A DNA stretch of 64,000 nucleotides from the NCBI GenBank assembly GCA_964016885.1, contig OZ024743.1, forward strand, positions 228,532,001-228,596,000. Reading direction: 5' to 3'. A model generated the notes under the pieces. The model had not been told where the DNA came from and ran no database searches. It saw only the letters and a list, made by a program, of their open reading frames with translations. This document shows positions 13,063-23,402 of the stretch, piece by piece; position 1 is the stretch's first letter; each line of letters starts with the position of its first letter. The DNA comes from Eledone cirrhosa. Lineage: Eukaryota. The translations under genes and the position numbers were made by a program.

Positions 13063-13142
13063 CATATTGTATATGGAACCATATACAATATGGTTCAGAA
13101 TAAAGGTATATATGGAACCATATATACCTTTATTCTGAACCA
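13063..13142. repeat. Two overlapping perfect palindromes (14-bp and 25-bp arms), both centred on tatatggaaccatata
   Basis: catattgtatatgg-aa-ccatatacaatatg (13063-13092) and tggttcagaataaaggtatatatgg-aa-ccatatatacctttattctgaacca (13091-13142). Confidence 0.95.
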
Positions 13143-14429
13143 CACTGTGTTAGTGCTATGACTAATTAAACATTACACAAAAAGTGTCTCTTATTTTGCT
13201 AAGAAATCTGGCTGAAAGAAAGAGAAAACTAGAAGTAAATAAATAAACATTCATGTCTTGATGGAAATCGCTGTTAAATTCTGATTCTGAAGGACCAATT
13301 TGAAAAATGGAATCACTGAAGAACATAACCAACATCACTACATATCCCAGGGCTATTGGCAAGTGTTGGGATTGGTTTTGTCTAATGGAGCAAAATAATT
13401 ACATTGCTAATTTTCTACCCTTGGGTTACCCACCAATCTCGAACAAGGAGGTTATTTTCACCATATGTACAATATCACACACACCCTTCATCCACATATT
13501 AATGATAGTTTTCTTGTTTATTTTTTCAGTTTTTCTTGTTTGTTTTTCATTTGTTTGTTTGCTTTTTATTTGCTTTCTTTTTGCTTTTGTTTTAAATTAC
13601 ATCTCCCCAGACCATAATGCAAGAAGTTTTCTGAAATGAAAAGCTGTTAGGTAATGATGTTGAGATTAAAGAAAGGAGGTAGGGTTGAGGATGAGAATAA
13701 TGATGATGAGGATGAGGAGGTAATAAGAGAGAACTATGTTTCTCCTTTGGCACTACAAATTCATCCCAAACATTATCCACCTGGGTGCTGTTTATGATTA
13801 ATTGTAGATCGGGCAGTTTTTGAAGAACATTTGTCTCTTCTTGGTTATGTTAAGCAAAAATGATTATGTTATTTACAGCTGTAACAAGGGAACTCTTCGG
13901 AAAGCACTTCCAATGAATCTTTATATATGTATGCATGGCCTATAGCAATGATATGTATATATGAGTGTGTGTGTGTGTGTGCGTGTGCATGGATAAATGA
14001 TGATAATATTCATAGCCTGGAGCAATGATTATACATATATTTATATGTTTATGTGTGTATCATTGTCATCATCATGTCTACATTTGCCTTTCCATACTGG
14101 TATATGTTGGACTACATTTTCTAAATATTTTTCTATGGACAGATGCCCTTCTTGATGCTAACCAATAATATATGTTATGTATGGTACAACCTCCACCATA
14201 CTGCTAAACTGCAGGATGTATCACTGCTTCCTTTAAACCATGTTCATATGAAAATGTACATGGAAACAGACACACCTATATATATAGATATATAAATATA
14301 AGCATATCATCATCATCATCGTTTAACGTCCAGCTTCCACGCTAGCATGGGTTAGACGTAGATAAATGTATTTTGCTCTCTCACTCTCTCTCTCTCTACC
14401 TCTCTCTATGTGTGTGTGTGTGTGTGTGC

Positions 14430-14650
14430 AGAAAGTAAACAAAAACAAAGCAAGCAACACAGTAAAATGAAGAAATATATTAGTTTAATGCTTTAAATAA
14501 TAGGAAAAGTGTTTTTATGTTTCGGACACCAATCTCATCAGAAGATAGAATGAGAATAATAGTTGAAATAGAAAGATAGAAAGTGAGAAGAGGAGAGAAT
14601 GGAAAAAGTTTTTCTTCGTAAAAAAATATGTGTGTATTCAATCAGCTTTT
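14430..14650 (-). mobile_element. Penelope-like pseudo-LTR remnant (family H1) with a degraded hammerhead core at 14511-14547
   Basis: Minus strand tctatcttCTGATGAgattggtgtccGAAAcataa; the flanks are homologous to 6765-6995. Confidence 0.6.
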
Positions 14651-15001
14651 TTGGGAGAAATGCTAGTCAGTGGGTATTTTAAAAATTAGAGATGTGTAAA
14701 ACAGGAAAATAATCATTTTATATTTTGAGTGGGCATGTGTGTGTGCATACATCTGTGTGTAGGTTTAATAGGTAGACAGTAAGTGGCTGACGAGATAGAA
14801 ATAGATTTATCTAACTGTCTTAAGTAACTGTTTCATCTGACTGCATTTTCTGCTGATATATCATCATTGCTTTTATGTCAACTTTTAGATTTTTGAGGCA
14901 ATGTTTTGCAAATTACCTTCCTGACATGAATCCTTTCAGTCACCTCTTATGTCACACAAGGATACAGAGTAGCTATTCAAAATCATATATATATATATAT
15001 A

Positions 15002-16140
15002 TGTCCTAAATGCAAAGTATGGGTGCATAAAAGATGTAGTGGGATCACAGGTAAGCTAACTAAGAACATAGATTTTACATGTGGCCGGTGTTCTGGTGCA
15101 ATAAGTAGCAGCAAGTGCCCACAAAATACTAGCTCTTTCAATTGCGCAGAGGGTTCTATAGAAATAGTGGACAGCTTCCGTTACCTGGGCGATAAAATCA
15201 GCAGTGGGGGAGGGTGCTCTGAAAGTACTGTAGCTAGAGTCAGAACTGGTTGGAAAAAGTTCAGAGAGCTTATACCACTATTAGCTGCTAAAGGGTTCTC
15301 CCTAAAAATGAAAGGCAGGTTGTACGATGCCTGCATACGAACAGCAATGCTGCATGGCAGTGAGACCTGGGCATTGTGTGCAGAGGATATACGCAGACTA
15401 GAGAGGAACGAAGCTTGCATGCTCCGCTGGATGTGTAACAGTAATATACGTGAACGGCAAAGCATAAACGAACTAAGGAAAAAATTAGAGATAAGAGGGA
15501 TCAGATGTTGTTTACTCGAGAGAAGGCTACGTTGGTATGGACACGTGATGCGCATGAAAGTCGATAGCTGTATAACAAAGTGCAGGGCAATAAAGATAGA
15601 CGGTAGTCACGGAATAGGCAGACCTAGAAAAACCTGGGACGAGCTGATAAACTCCGACATCACACACTTACACCTCTCCAAGACAATGTCACTGGACCGA
15701 GACCTTTGGCGGTACTCAGTAACAGAGAAGACCCGCCTTACCTAAATATATAGTAAAACCTACTCCAGCCAGTAGGCATCTCTAACAAAATACACCCCGT
15801 CCCACCACCACCACCCCCACCCCATCCACACCACCCAGTTCTATGTAAAGTTATGTTGGTGCCGCGCCATCCAGGCCGAAACAAATGAGATCGTGTAGGT
15901 GTCACGACAAAAAACACACAGTCCACGCTGTAATGTGGCCGTGTAGGCAACACGGTAAAAACCTCCCAGACCCACACTGTAAATATGGTTGGTGTTAGGA
16001 AGGGCATCCAACTGTAGAAAACCTGCCAGACAGTCCTATGCGAGCAAGACAATCACTCTTGCCTCAAGTGGGATTACCCCCGTCCAAACCCATGCAAGCG
16101 TGGAACACGGACGTTAAACGTTGATGATGATGATGATGAT
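15002..16140 (+). mobile_element. 5'-truncated RTE-clade LINE (family RTE-A); ORF remnant 15002-15745, structured 3' UTR, (GAT)n tail
   Basis: Open frame CPKCKVWVHKRCSG...VDSFRYLG...MLHGSETW...RRLRWYGHVMR...GRPRKTW, typical of the RTE C-terminal region. Flanked by (TA)n on both sides. Confidence 0.92.
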
Positions 16141-16410
16141 ATATATATATATATATATGAAAAAATATGACTTCGACAGCAGAGCACAAGCCGTTTAGAT
16201 GGCTATTTCTGGACGTAATTCCTTCGTTATATATTACACACACACATATATATATTATATATATATATATATATTTTTATGTGTGTGTGTATGTCAGGAT
16301 TAAACCATTATTAAACAAGCTAGACCATTATTCAACAGGGTACTTGATACAGCTGGAACTAGCTGTTGAAATAGTAAGAGCTCAGCCATCAGGCTCTGAC
16401 TCATTGTAAC

Positions 16411-16448
<38 letters not shown>

Positions 16449-16456
<8 letters not shown>

Positions 16457-17301
16457 ATACTTGGGGAGGGTCATATTTGCGTAATATTGCCAGAATTAAT
16501 AACAGAAAACACTCACTGTTTGGTTGGTTTTCGCTTCTCGCTGTCTTTTATATCTGCAATCTAACTTACTCGGTCCTCAATGTTGCCATTTTCTGACCGA
16601 CGGTCAAAAATAATACAGATACACTATAGACAAACACATATATATAGTTTACATAATTTACATAAATCTTTCGTTGCACATCTGCAACATCGTCAGTGGT
16701 GTTATATTCTTTGTTCCTCCTGTTGTGTTGTATGTCTACGCCATTTTTTATTCAGTCTGTCTATATATTTATTTATTTATTTGCTTGTTTGTTTATCTTA
16801 TTTTATTTTGTCTTCTTTGCGCATGCGTTTGTGTGTGTGCATAGTGTTATGTGTGCTGTGTGACTAGTGTGTATAGTGTTGTGTCTGCTGGGTGACTAGT
16901 GTGTGTTTATGTGCTTGTTGTTATTGTGCTTGTGTATGTATTTATTTATCTTATTTTATTTTATTTTATTTACTTATTTATACTTCTCTTAGGTCAGTGT
17001 TGTTTGTTTGGGTGTTGTTGTTGTTCCACTCATTCTTTCTGTTTAGCTTTGGTCTTCTAATTTGTGTCTATATTGTATCTGTATTATTTTTGACCGTCGG
17101 TCAGTCAATGGCAACATTGAGGACCGAGTAAGTTAGATCGCAGATATAAAAGACAGCGAGAAGCGAAAACCAACCAAACAGTGAGTGTGTTCTGTTATTA
17201 ATTCTGGCAATATTACGCAAATATGACCCTCCCCAAGTATAACAATATCTGTTTCGACACGATGTCATATAAAAAAACCTCGCTAAACTAATTCATCGCC
17301 G

Positions 17302-17302
<1 letters not shown>
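16449..17302 (+). mobile_element. Fold-back element in (TA)n: ~185-bp inverted arms (16449-16633 / 17064-17248), ~430-bp low-complexity spacer and ~55-bp tail
   Basis: The arms are near-identical reverse complements (about 6 mismatches by eye). The right arm continues into a unique tail before (TA)n resumes. Confidence 0.85.
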
Positions 17303-17355
<53 letters not shown>

Positions 17356-17366
17356 ATATATATATA

Positions 17367-17670
17367 ATGTAAAATTATGTTGGTCCCACAACATCCAGGC
17401 CGAAACAAATGAGATCGTATAGGTGTCACGACAAAAAAACACACAGTCCACGCTGTAAATGTGGCCGTGTAGGCAACACGGTAAAAACCTCCCAGCCCCA
17501 CACTGTAAATGTGGTTGGTGTTAGGAAGGGCATCCAGCTGTAGAAAACCCGCCAGACAGTCCTATGCGAGCAAGACAACCACTCTTGCCTCAATTGGGAA
17601 AACCCCCGTCCAAACCCATGCAAGCGTGGAACACGGACGCTAAACCCGATGATGATGATGATGATGATGA
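17367..17670 (+). mobile_element. RTE-A 3' UTR-only insertion with (GAT)n tail
   Basis: Near-identical to 15843-16140. Confidence 0.9.
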
Positions 17671-17751
17671 TTCGTTTTTTAGTACATATGCAGTGTGTGT
17701 TTTGAGGTGTATTTGCTCAATTTACCCTCATATTATTAGTTATTGTTTGAC

Positions 17752-17815
17752 TTATTGAATTCTGATGAAGGTGAAAGTGTAACAAACATGTTCAAACCAA
17801 AACTCTTCTAAATAA
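17752..17815 (+). ncRNA. Degenerate hammerhead-like motif
   Basis: ttattgaatt-CTGATGA(17762-17768)-aggtgaa...gttcaaacc-AAAAC. GAAA may have been lost by CpG-type decay. The flanks ttattgaa and ttctaaataa could form stem I. Confidence 0.35.
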
Positions 17816-18059
17816 GAGTAAGAAGTTGAGAGAATGATGTTATAGAGGAAGGAGTAAAATATCTGTAAAGAAGATCAGTGTTCTCAATTGAAAAATAATT
17901 TATGATCTGTTTTATAAGCAGATTTTTATACAAGATTGGTTTTTATTGATAACAAGAAAACCAATACTCATCTCTCAACTTAGATGCATCTATAGTGCAT
18001 TGCTATCTTCAAGTGGAGTATGCACACAGAAACAAACACACATACACACACATTCATAC

Positions 18060-18125
<66 letters not shown>

Positions 18126-18479
18126 ATTGGATTCTAACACATTGATAGTCATATAAGCGTATACACACACACTCACATACACAAACTTGTAATAGCATAA
18201 ACTCAATCAAACACACACACACACAGATAACACCCATATACTCAAATGTGTACACATATGCAAACATAAAAATCCATTAAAAATTCACAGACACACACAT
18301 AGATACATACACATGCACACTTCCATCAATGATCCACGAATCACACATAAACAAATGACTAATAATTCCCTACTATGAAATGAAGCTCATCTGCACACAC
18401 ATGACCCTGTCAATGATACACCTGAACTCTTTACCTCGGCCGCCACTCCTGCATATCTAGACTACTCACTCGCCCTCCT

Positions 18480-18684
18480 CACACATCTTGAATAATTCTT
18501 TTTTTTTCCCCCACCTTCAAACCTCTGTTTCTCCAACTCTCACCAAACTTTGCTCTTCCCTGATGAAGAGTTTATGTCTGAAACTCTGAGACATTTATTT
18601 AATTCTTTTTGCTTTATCTTCATTCTCAAGCTTGAACCTAATACTTTATGGTTTTTCATCTTTGTGTTTGTCACATTTATTCTT

Positions 18685-18690
<6 letters not shown>
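18480..18690 (+). mobile_element. Diverged H1-like remnant with a hammerhead-like core at 18560-18592
   Basis: CTGATGA-agag-tttatg-tct-GAAAC-tc-tgagac, followed by aagcttgaacctaatac, which resembles the H1 aagcattcaactaatat. Confidence 0.45.
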
Positions 18691-18733
<43 letters not shown>

Positions 18734-18748
18734 ATATATATATTTAAC

Positions 18749-18928
18749 AAAATTTAATATAGAATGGTTTCAGGACTAGAACTGTTTCGTTTGTATGATG
18801 ATTTGATACAAATGAAACAGTTCTAGTTCTGTCGAAGGCATTTCTATATGAAATTTAACTGTTCTCTCTCTAATTATGTATTGAGTCCCATATTTACTGT
18901 TGTTACCTCCAATTTTACTCGGGTTCTA
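18749..18928 (+). mobile_element. Fold-back element family H2: hairpin 18749-18856 plus 3' tail
   Basis: aggactagaactgtttcgtttgtat / atacaaatgaaacagttctagttct. The tail tatgtattgagt...tactgttgttacctc is homologous to the tail of the 19635 copy. Confidence 0.75.
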
Positions 18929-19216
18929 CACACACATCTATATATATACTTATATATTTGAAATGTGTTCATCCCAATGCAAATGAAGATTATTATTGTT
19001 GATAGAGAAAATAGAGAAAATAGGCTAAAGTACTCTTGGAGAGAGAAAAATAAATGGACAGAGTCACCTGAGAGGAGTCAAATACTGCATCTCTTGGATG
19101 CCAGATAGATATGTTAACTGGAATGTTAAAGAATCATTGGCCACCAAATCCATCATTTCAGAAGTATTTGCATACACAAGTAGAAATACACACACAAACT
19201 GTGTGTGTGTGTGTAT

Positions 19217-19535
19217 AGACACGTGGCTTTATGGTAAAGGTATTCAGCTAACAATCATAATGTTATGAGTTTGATTCCCCATAGTGCATTGTGTCCTTGA
19301 GCAAGACATTTTTTCACAATGCTTCAATCCAGTTAGCTGCCAAAAATGAGTTGTTCCTTTAATTCGAAGGGCCAGCCTTGTCACATTCAGTGTAACACTG
19401 AATCTCCCAGAGAACTACGCTAAGGGTATGCGTGTCTATGGTAAAATCAGCCACTTGTACATTAATTTCATGAGCTGGCTGTCCTATTCATCGGATCAGT
19501 TGGAACACTCATTGTCATAACAAATAGTGCCAGTT
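19217..19535 (+). mobile_element. tRNA-headed SINE family S1
   Basis: acgtggctttatggt (A-box-like), gagtttgattcc (B-box-like) and gtgtccttgagcaagaca (CORE-like); the body is shared with the 43624 and 56288 copies. Confidence 0.8.
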
Positions 19536-19634
19536 TTTTTTATTTATATCATCATCATTATCATCGTTTATTTATATCATCAACATTATCATCGTTTAAC
19601 ATCCACTTTCCACGCTGGCATGTATATATACATA

Positions 19635-19838
19635 TGAGTCCTGGGTTCAATCGAGGGTAACGACAGTATGTAGAGTATTCAATACGTTAGTAGAGTGTAA
19701 ACATCAAATTTAATAGAGAAATAGCTTCTACAAGACAAGAACTGTTTCATATGAAAGAAATCATGAGGAAAGCTTTTGTGGTGATTTCTTTCGAATGAAA
19801 CGGTTTTAGTCTTGTAGAAGCTATTTCAATATTACATT

Positions 19839-19843
<5 letters not shown>
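19635..19843 (-). mobile_element. Fold-back element family H2 in the opposite orientation: tail 19635-19702, hairpin 19703-19843
   Basis: ~62-bp arms atcaaatttaatagagaaatagcttctacaagac...gaaagaaatcat / gtgatttctttcgaatgaaacggttttagtcttgtagaagctatttc...tttgat, flanked by TA repeats. Confidence 0.8.
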
Positions 19844-19873
<30 letters not shown>

Positions 19874-20634
19874 GAGAGAAAGATATTATTTAAAGCTTGA
19901 GTATTCCTAAAGATAGCAAACACAAAACAAAATCATAAAAGCCATTTTATATTATTTTATATCATTTCATTTCATATTATTTTATTTGATACCATTTCCT
20001 TTTATTTCATATTATATTATTTTTATTTTGTATCATTTTAGCTTATACTTTTTCCTAGTCATATTTTGTTAATATATCAGAAAGTAATTCTTAAATTTTA
20101 AAGACAGATGAAATAAGATTAGAAGCAAATGTATACTTAGGGTTGTACTAGTTCCTACAAGTATATATGTGTGTGTGCATGTATATATATGTGTGTGTGT
20201 ATGTACACACAAATATACATACACATATCTGTGCCTGCAACAGTGTGTGCATGTGACTGTCTGTATTTGTGTGTTGGTATATGTAAATATAGGAAATGCA
20301 TATGTTGAAAACCATTTCATGATTTGTGTTTTCTATCATATTTGAAATGAATTTATATTTCTTAATGGACAAATAATCTTACTTCATACTCTAACTTTCA
20401 CATGAGAGTTTCTTTATCTTGTGATGACAACAAAGTTTTATAGAATATATTAGGAACCTGGGATTCTAATAACCTCCAAAACTGCAGTTACTCTCAGATG
20501 TAGGAGATGCAAATAAGTTACTGGGTTTGATTGATCTTTTTTTTTCTATTTTGTTGTTATATATATATATCTTTTACATTTGAATTATATATATATTTAT
20601 AATATATATCTATGTATGTATGTATGTATGTATG

Positions 20635-22902
20635 TTTTCTCTTTCTCTTAATTTCGAGTATATTTTTTTGACCGGCCACCTTCCTGGTGGCAAGGTTGTA
20701 AAAGAAAAGAAATTGTCATCCCTTGAATCGCAAGAATGTTTTGCATATTTTGAAGGTGCCAGCTATCGCAGCCATTTGTAGACTATGAATTAGGGAGCTG
20801 CGCTTTTTGTCCGCAAATCCAAGTTCGGTCATACTTTGGTCCAAGCGGGTTGGTATATAACCCGTAGCACCAATAATGATGGGTATGAAGCTAAAGGTGT
20901 ATCTTGGATACTGGATTTGTAAGCTCCTCATCAATGGTCCGTAGATGTCCTCCTTCTCCTGTATTTTTCTGACAACGTTTACATCAAGTGGGCAGCTGAT
21001 CTCCACAACAGAACACGTTTTCAATGTGTGGTCCCAAACTACAATATCAGGCCGGTTGTGCTTTAATTTGGTGGCAGTTTTTATTTTCAGGTTCCACCAG
21101 TATTCCTTAGTGCCATCTGTCTCAATATATTCTTCCTCGTTTGTTGTTAATTTTGTTTTCCGAAGTGCGTTCCAGATAGTTCTAGCTATCCCATCGTGTC
21201 TCATGGGGAGGTAGTAGCGAGATGACATTCTTTCGCAGCTGGCAACAATGTGGCTTACATCCTCGATCTTTGTTTTACATAGCCTACATTTATTGTCAGC
21301 AGCTGGCCCTCCTCTTTTGTGCAGCAGATATTTGGTAGGGAGTTCTTGTTCCTGTATTGCATAGAGATATCCCTCAAGGTGTGATGTCATAAACTTGTCG
21401 GAACTCCATGCCAGGCTTTTTGAGTGGTTTATCCCCTCTATGGTCTGTGTTTTACGCCTCAAGTATCCATGCACAACTTTCTCTGTAAATTGGTCAATTT
21501 TTTTTTCTTGTTTGAACATTGAATAGGATCTTCCGATTTCTCTGGGTGAGAGATTTATATCAGGCTTTATTCCATATCTCTCCTCCAGATCAGTCGCTAT
21601 TCTAATGATATTTCTTTTTTCATGCTCATAAACCTGAGCAAGATGGTCGCCAACCTTTTTCCTCTGTTGAAGGTGTTGCTTCAGTGTTACTATCCGGGTC
21701 TCATATGTTGTTAATATTGATTTTAGACCCCGGCCACCTTCCTTGCGTGAGAAGTATAGCCTATCCACATCACCATTGATGTTAAAGTTCCCAGTAACAC
21801 TGAGAAGTTTACGAGTTCTAACATCCATCTCACTTAGTTCTTGCAATGACCAGTTCAGTAGGCCAAATGTTGGCGTTAGAATTGGCACAGCATAGGTATT
21901 GTGGGCAATGTATTTGTTGTATGCTGACAGTTCTGATGACCATATTTTTTTTACTCTTCTGAGGTATTCAGTTCTGGTTCTCTCCTTATTTATGGGTCCA
22001 TCATATCTGACATTCTCATCCTGTCCAAGATATCTGTAGTTGTCACCTGACTGCAGAGGTTGTATTGTCAGGCCGTTCATATCTAGATTTCTAGAGGAGG
22101 GCACAGCTCTTCCACGTTTTACTGCCAAATATGCACACTTGGACTCACCAAATTTCATTTTGATGTCGGTTGAAAATTGTGTAATGAGGTCCAATTGTTT
22201 CTTGATGTCATTGATATTTGGCCCATACAACTTCAGGTCATCAACAAAGAAAAGATGGGAGATACTTCTGGGCCCACTTCTTTGTCCACCTTGTTTCCTG
22301 AGTAGGTAAGATAGTGGATTCAGTGAGAGAACGAAGAGTAGTACTGACAAGCTATCACCCTGAAAGATGCCCTTCTGGTAATGTATCCTATCAGTCTTAA
22401 CCTGCTCCTTCTCACCTCTAAGGATCAAATTGGTGTACCAGTTCTTGGTCAGGCGTTCAACAGCAGCTACTAATGGTTGTGGGACTTTAGCTAACTGTAA
22501 AGCCTTAATAATCCACCCATGAGGTACACTATCAAATGCTTTTTGATAGTCCAGCCACATGACAGTCATGTTTCTGCGATTCTTTGTTGTTTTTTCCTGA
22601 ATCATTTTGTTAGTTAGTAGGTGATCTATGCAACCCCACACCTCCCTCTTTCCACCAGCTTGCTCAGGTGTTATGATGTTGTTGGTAGCACAGTGATCCT
22701 GTAAGAACAGGTTAAGGCACCCAGTATATAATTTATACATGATGTTTTGGCAGGCAATTGGGCGGTAATTTTTAGCAAGGGTGGTTTGGCTATTTTTGGG
22801 AATGAGGAGAGTAGTGGCAGTTGATAACCATCTGGGCAGTTCTTGTGTGCCCTTAATGGTTTCTGTAAACAGCCGTATGAGATCTTGCCGATAGAAAGTG
22901 AA
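20635..22902 (-). mobile_element. 5'-truncated RLE-type non-LTR retrotransposon (R4/Dong-like) flanked by (TATG)n
   Basis: An uninterrupted reading frame runs from the 5' junction to the stop at 20716, followed by an ~80-nt 3' UTR. (TATG)n lies at 20611-20634 and from 22903. Confidence 0.9.
20716..22902 (-). CDS. Reverse transcriptase + CCHC zinc knuckle + restriction-like (PD-D/ExK) endonuclease, N-terminally truncated
   Basis: The frame extends upstream of the listed Met (FTFYRQ...LLIPKNSQ...NYRPIACQNIMYK). RT motifs: DYQKAFDSV, GIFQGDSLS, HLFFVDDLKLY, YRYLG, GGRGL. Zinc knuckle: CRLC...H...C. Endonuclease: RHD, HNRPDIVV, EISCP...K. Confidence 0.9.
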   Translation of the reverse strand, partial: FTFYRQDLIRLFTETIKGTQELPRWLSTATTLLIPKNSQTTLAKNYRPIACQNIMYKLYTGCLNLFLQDHCATNNIITPEQAGGKREVWGCIDHLLTNKMIQEKTTKNRRNMTVMWLDYQKAFDSVPHGWIIKALQLAKVPQPLVAAVERLTKNWYTNLILRGEKEQVKTDRIHYQKGIFQGDSLSVLLFVLSLNPLSYLLRKQGGQRSGPRSISHLFFVDDLKLYGPNINDIKKQLDLITQFSTDIKMKFGESKCAYLAVKRGRAVPSSRNLDMNGLTIQPLQSGDNYRYLGQDENVRYDGPINKERTRTEYLRRVKKIWSSELSAYNKYIAHNTYAVPILTPTFGLLNWSLQELSEMDVRTRKLLSVTGNFNINGDVDRLYFSRKEGGRGLKSILTTYETRIVTLKQHLQQRKKVGDHLAQVYEHEKRNIIRIATDLEERYGIKPDINLSPREIGRSYSMFKQEKKIDQFTEKVVHGYLRRKTQTIEGINHSKSLAWSSDKFMTSHLEGYLYAIQEQELPTKYLLHKRGGPAADNKCRLCKTKIEDVSHIVASCERMSSRYYLPMRHDGIARTIWNALRKTKLTTNEEEYIETDGTKEYWWNLKIKTATKLKHNRPDIVVWDHTLKTCSVVEISCPLDVNVVRKIQEKEDIYGPLMRSLQIQYPRYTFSFIPIIIGATGYIPTRLDQSMTELGFADKKRSSLIHSLQMAAIAGTFKICKTFLRFKG

Positions 22903-22967
22903 ATGTATGTATGTATGTATGTATGTATGTATGTATGTATGTATGTATGTATGTATATATATGTATA

Positions 22968-23019
<52 letters not shown>

Positions 23020-23021
23020 TT

Positions 23022-23402
23022 AAAGAGTTAAACAAGATTCAATGAGTACATCAAAGAATGAGTTTTACAGTAGATTGGAAGCACTCTACAGTAAAATATT
23101 TTCCAGAGTTATAAATATTAATTCAAATATTAACAACATAGATATTCTTGTGATCAATTAAATTTTATTATACATATTTCAGATGTGCTGAATTGGGTTT
23201 AGCAGTGCGTCCTCATCAGATAAACTAAAATGATGCATGGCATACCCTGAGATGTTAGATGGTTAAGATTTAATCAAGGTAGTATTTATTATTTTACCTG
23301 ATGAGGACGTACTGTTGAACTTGGTTCGGTGCCTCTGAAATATGTATAATAAAATTTGATTGATCGCAAGAATATCTATTTTGTTAATATTTGAATTAAT
23401 AT
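23022..23402 (-). mobile_element. Fold-back element H3: tail 23022-23114, ~114-bp inverted arms (23115-23228 / 23289-23402), each with a hammerhead-like core
   Basis: Right arm CTGATGA(23298-23304)-ggacgtactgttgaacttggttcggtgcctc-TGAAA-tatgta. The left arm carries the reverse complement (tcatcag at 23213-23219). Confidence 0.8.

Noticed and set aside
15181-15555. Antisense ORFs over RTE and R4 coding regions (also 20945-21214, 22040-22309, 35318-35875 and 36533-36904)
   Set aside because: These are shadow frames of the retrotransposon ORFs.
16170-16205. gcagag/acaagcc as twister ribozyme motifs
   Set aside because: The order and pairing do not fit any twister permutation I could construct.
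17109-17126. ggcaacattgaggaccg resembles part of the HDV genomic ribozyme; the enclosing hairpin was also considered as a SECIS
   Set aside because: No P1/P2/P3 nested double pseudoknot could be built, and there is no RUGA/GA quartet.
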